This document shows positions 61,543 to 64,000 of a DNA stretch of 64,000 nt, in pieces. Source of the DNA: Selaginella moellendorffii (lineage: Eukaryota > Plantae > Lycopodiophyta); NCBI RefSeq assembly GCF_000143415.4, contig NW_003314264.1, forward strand, positions 1,869,710 to 1,933,709, written 5' to 3'. Position 1 is the stretch's first letter; every line of letters starts with the position of its first letter. Below the pieces are notes generated by a model. The model was not told the DNA's origin. It did no database searches and saw only the letters and a program-made list of their open reading frames with translations. The position numbers were made by a program, and so were the translations under genes.

Positions 61543-61552
61543 TAAACCCTAA
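61543..61552 (+). promoter_or_regulatory. Telo-box (AAACCCTAA) between the divergent GnTII and PPR genes
   Basis: TAAACCCTAA, with an opposite-strand TTAGGGTT about 15 bp downstream. Confidence 0.55.
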
Positions 61553-61917
61553 GCCCTTCGTCGATTAGGGTTCATGATCCGGTTCGCGAGGGAGGCGCGG
61601 CTGATCGAGAAGGGCACGGCTTATAACGAGAAATTGAGGGGCAAGGACAGGAAGCTGGGGCGGGAGGATCTCGTAAGGATTGCTCTTGATCGAGAGGGCG
61701 CCATTGAGGAACTGGCAAGAGCGGCCGGGTTCTTTCCAGGCGGCAGAAGCGGAAGATGTCGAGAGGCCGAGGAATGCGATGGACGATGAGGCATTGCGCG
61801 CACTGATCGCGAGGTGCCTAAGCTTTCTTCTTGGCGATGGAGCCGAGCAGGTTTGCTTTTCTTCTCTCTCGATTGATCCAGGGAAATGCGGCAGGAATCG
61901 GCGGATGATCGCTCGCG

Positions 61918-63789
61918 ATGAATCGGTATTTCCCGAGAGTGCTGCTCGCGCGGCAGCGGCGATTGTCCCTCCTCCAGCAGCACATTCACGCCGCGAGGGC
62001 TCCAGCGGTCAGGGATGCCTCCTCGGATAGCTCCTCGGATGAGGAGGCGGAGGATCGTCCACCCAGGGGTAGCAACAGGAATATTACGAGCGCAAGGAGC
62101 GATCTCGCTGTTGTGAATCCCTCTGCGGCGGGTTCGTCGCTGGATCTCCCCGCAGCAGCGGCGGAATCCAGCCTCGCCGCCGCCGAGAGCTCCGAGAGCT
62201 CCAAATCCCTCTCGCTCGTCGCTCGCAACGTCCTCCTGATCGCCAGCGACGAGGACCACGACTGGGCGAGCAAGGCCGAGTACTTGCAGCCGTGGAGCGG
62301 CATGGCCACCGAGGACGACGTGATCCACGTCCTGGAGAACATCAAATCTCCCAAGCTCGCCTCCCGCGTCTTCAAATGGGCAGCTCGCCAGGAGGATTTC
62401 GAGCACACGGTCTTCACCTACAACGCCTATCTCAACGCTCTCGTCAAGGGCGGCCATGGCTCCAAGGCGCGCAAGATCTTCGACGACATGCTCTACAAGG
62501 AGTGCCTCCCAAACATCTACACTTATGGGATCGTTCTCCGCGGCCTCTGCGACGATGCCAAGACCGACGCGGCGCTGGAGCTCCTCCAGGACATGGAATC
62601 CAAGATGCTCACCCCGACCACCTTCATCGTCAACATGCTCGTCAGCTGCCTCTGCAAGAACGGGAAAGTTGACGCGGCCTACGAGCTCTACAAGCGGCTC
62701 AGCGACGAGTGCTCGCTGGACAGGATCTCCTACAACATGCTGACTTACGGGCTGTGCAAGGCGGACCAGATCGACCGTGCGCTGGCGGTGTTCGGAGAGA
62801 TGGAGGAGAATGCCGTGGTTCCATCGCTGCTCACGTACAACGGGCTGCTGTATGGGTACTGCAGAGCCGGCAGGATGGAGCAAGCGATGACTTTGCTGGA
62901 AGAGATGATCGAAGGGAAGAAAGGCAGCGACGTTGTCCCGGACATGTACTCGTACAACACGGTGATCAGCGGGTTTTGCAAGGCCAGGCAGCTGCCTACC
63001 GCGCGGTACGTGCTGCGGAGGATGATCAAGAGTGGATGCAGCCCGAATGTGGTAACTTTCAACACGCTGCTCGACGGGCTGTGCCTGACCGGGAAGCTGG
63101 ACGAGGCCAACGCCATGTTTGAGTACATGGTGGAGAGGAACTGCGAGCCGACGGCTGTGACTTACACCGTGCTCATAACCGGGCACGCCAGAGCTCTCCG
63201 CATCGACAAAGCCAACGATTACTTCGTGGACATGCTTCGCCGGGGAGTGGAGCCGAATGTTTACACGTACACCGCGCTGATCGGGGGGCTGTGCGACGCC
63301 AACAAAGTCGAGGACGCGCTGGAGATCCTGAAGCGGATGTCGAGCACCGGGAGGGAGCCGAATGTGGTTACGTACACGAGAGTGATCGGTGCTCTCTGCA
63401 AGGGCGGACAGATCGAGCGAGCGACGAAGCTGTTCAATGACGCGATGGGGAGTAGGACGGCCAAGTGCAAGCCGGACTCGTACGCGTACAGCACGATCAT
63501 CTACTGGCTGTGCCGGCAGAGCAAGTTCCTGGAGGCGTACGAGTATTTCCTCCGGATGGTGGAGTCCAAGCTCGTGGCCAAGCCGCACATATACAAAGCT
63601 ATGGCGGACGGGCTGGAGCTGGTTCAGGAAACGGAGAAGGTGGAACGCGTCTGCCTGGAAGCAAGTGCTCACGGCATTGAGCTTCAGCAGAAGGACGCGC
63701 CGCAGCCGCTGAATCCACATTTACCACGGAGGAAGGCCAGGAAGGAGGTCTTTCTTCACAAGTGGGAGATAACCAAGAGAGCTCTGTAG
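61918..63789 (+). CDS. P-class pentatricopeptide repeat protein, 623 aa, likely organelle-targeted
   Basis: Arg-rich N-terminus, FKWAARQEDFEHTVFTYN, 35-aa repeats PNVVTFNTLLDGLC / PNVYTYTALIGGLC. Confidence 0.95.
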   Translation: MNRYFPRVLLARQRRLSLLQQHIHAARAPAVRDASSDSSSDEEAEDRPPRGSNRNITSARSDLAVVNPSAAGSSLDLPAAAAESSLAAAESSESSKSLSLVARNVLLIASDEDHDWASKAEYLQPWSGMATEDDVIHVLENIKSPKLASRVFKWAARQEDFEHTVFTYNAYLNALVKGGHGSKARKIFDDMLYKECLPNIYTYGIVLRGLCDDAKTDAALELLQDMESKMLTPTTFIVNMLVSCLCKNGKVDAAYELYKRLSDECSLDRISYNMLTYGLCKADQIDRALAVFGEMEENAVVPSLLTYNGLLYGYCRAGRMEQAMTLLEEMIEGKKGSDVVPDMYSYNTVISGFCKARQLPTARYVLRRMIKSGCSPNVVTFNTLLDGLCLTGKLDEANAMFEYMVERNCEPTAVTYTVLITGHARALRIDKANDYFVDMLRRGVEPNVYTYTALIGGLCDANKVEDALEILKRMSSTGREPNVVTYTRVIGALCKGGQIERATKLFNDAMGSRTAKCKPDSYAYSTIIYWLCRQSKFLEAYEYFLRMVESKLVAKPHIYKAMADGLELVQETEKVERVCLEASAHGIELQQKDAPQPLNPHLPRRKARKEVFLHKWEITKRAL

Positions 63790-64000
63790 CTCCTTTGGTC
63801 GAGGTAAGCTATCAATCATTCTCCAGGAGGGGCCATGGACGGAGCTCAAATTCGCTCCAAGGGACTGTGCCATGAACCGGAAGGCCTGAAGCCCGACCTC
63901 GAGAGGTACCTGTTTTGAGATTTTCACCTCGCTTCTGCGGGACTTAGCGCATTGTGATTGCGGCAGAGATGTGGGTGCGAGTTCTCTCCCGGAGAGAAAA

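Noticed and set aside
61621-63720. 699-aa minus-strand ORF
   Set aside because: Antisense in-register shadow of the GC-rich P-class PPR gene; no domain signal.

Overview
Plant nuclear genomic DNA. The compact genes, ~50-nt GT-AG introns, PLS-class PPR genes and a CVNH lectin suggest a lycophyte such as Selaginella (inference, not verified). Bases ~290-12,100 hold an unusual DNA-transposon-like element with two divergently transcribed genes. The minus-strand gene is a ~1,020-codon DDE/D-type transposase-like gene with two nonsense codons. The plus-strand gene is multi-exon and encodes roughly 1,600 aa: ParB-like domain, degenerate amino-methyltransferase-like region, acidic linker, FCP1/NIF-type HAD phosphatase domain. 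The element carries about 22 copies of a 22-bp palindrome (ATGGCRTG-N6-CAYGCCAT), many at the branch-point position of its short introns. It also has a loop-less 192-bp hairpin and a short TTTAGGG array between the two genes. Bases ~12-23 kb are decayed LTR-retrotransposon and other TE remnants. From 23.6 kb there is a dense host gene region: CVNH lectin, NUP214 (with two assembly gaps), TIGR01589-family gene, divergent Dof, GDSL lipase, PPR gene plus decayed copy, CRM-domain gene, a three-copy cis-prenyltransferase array (middle copy a mosaic pseudogene, one spacer carrying a 5S-rRNA-bearing Cassandra-type solo LTR), a second PLS PPR gene, GnTII and a P-class PPR gene. No database searches were run; domain calls are from recognised motifs.
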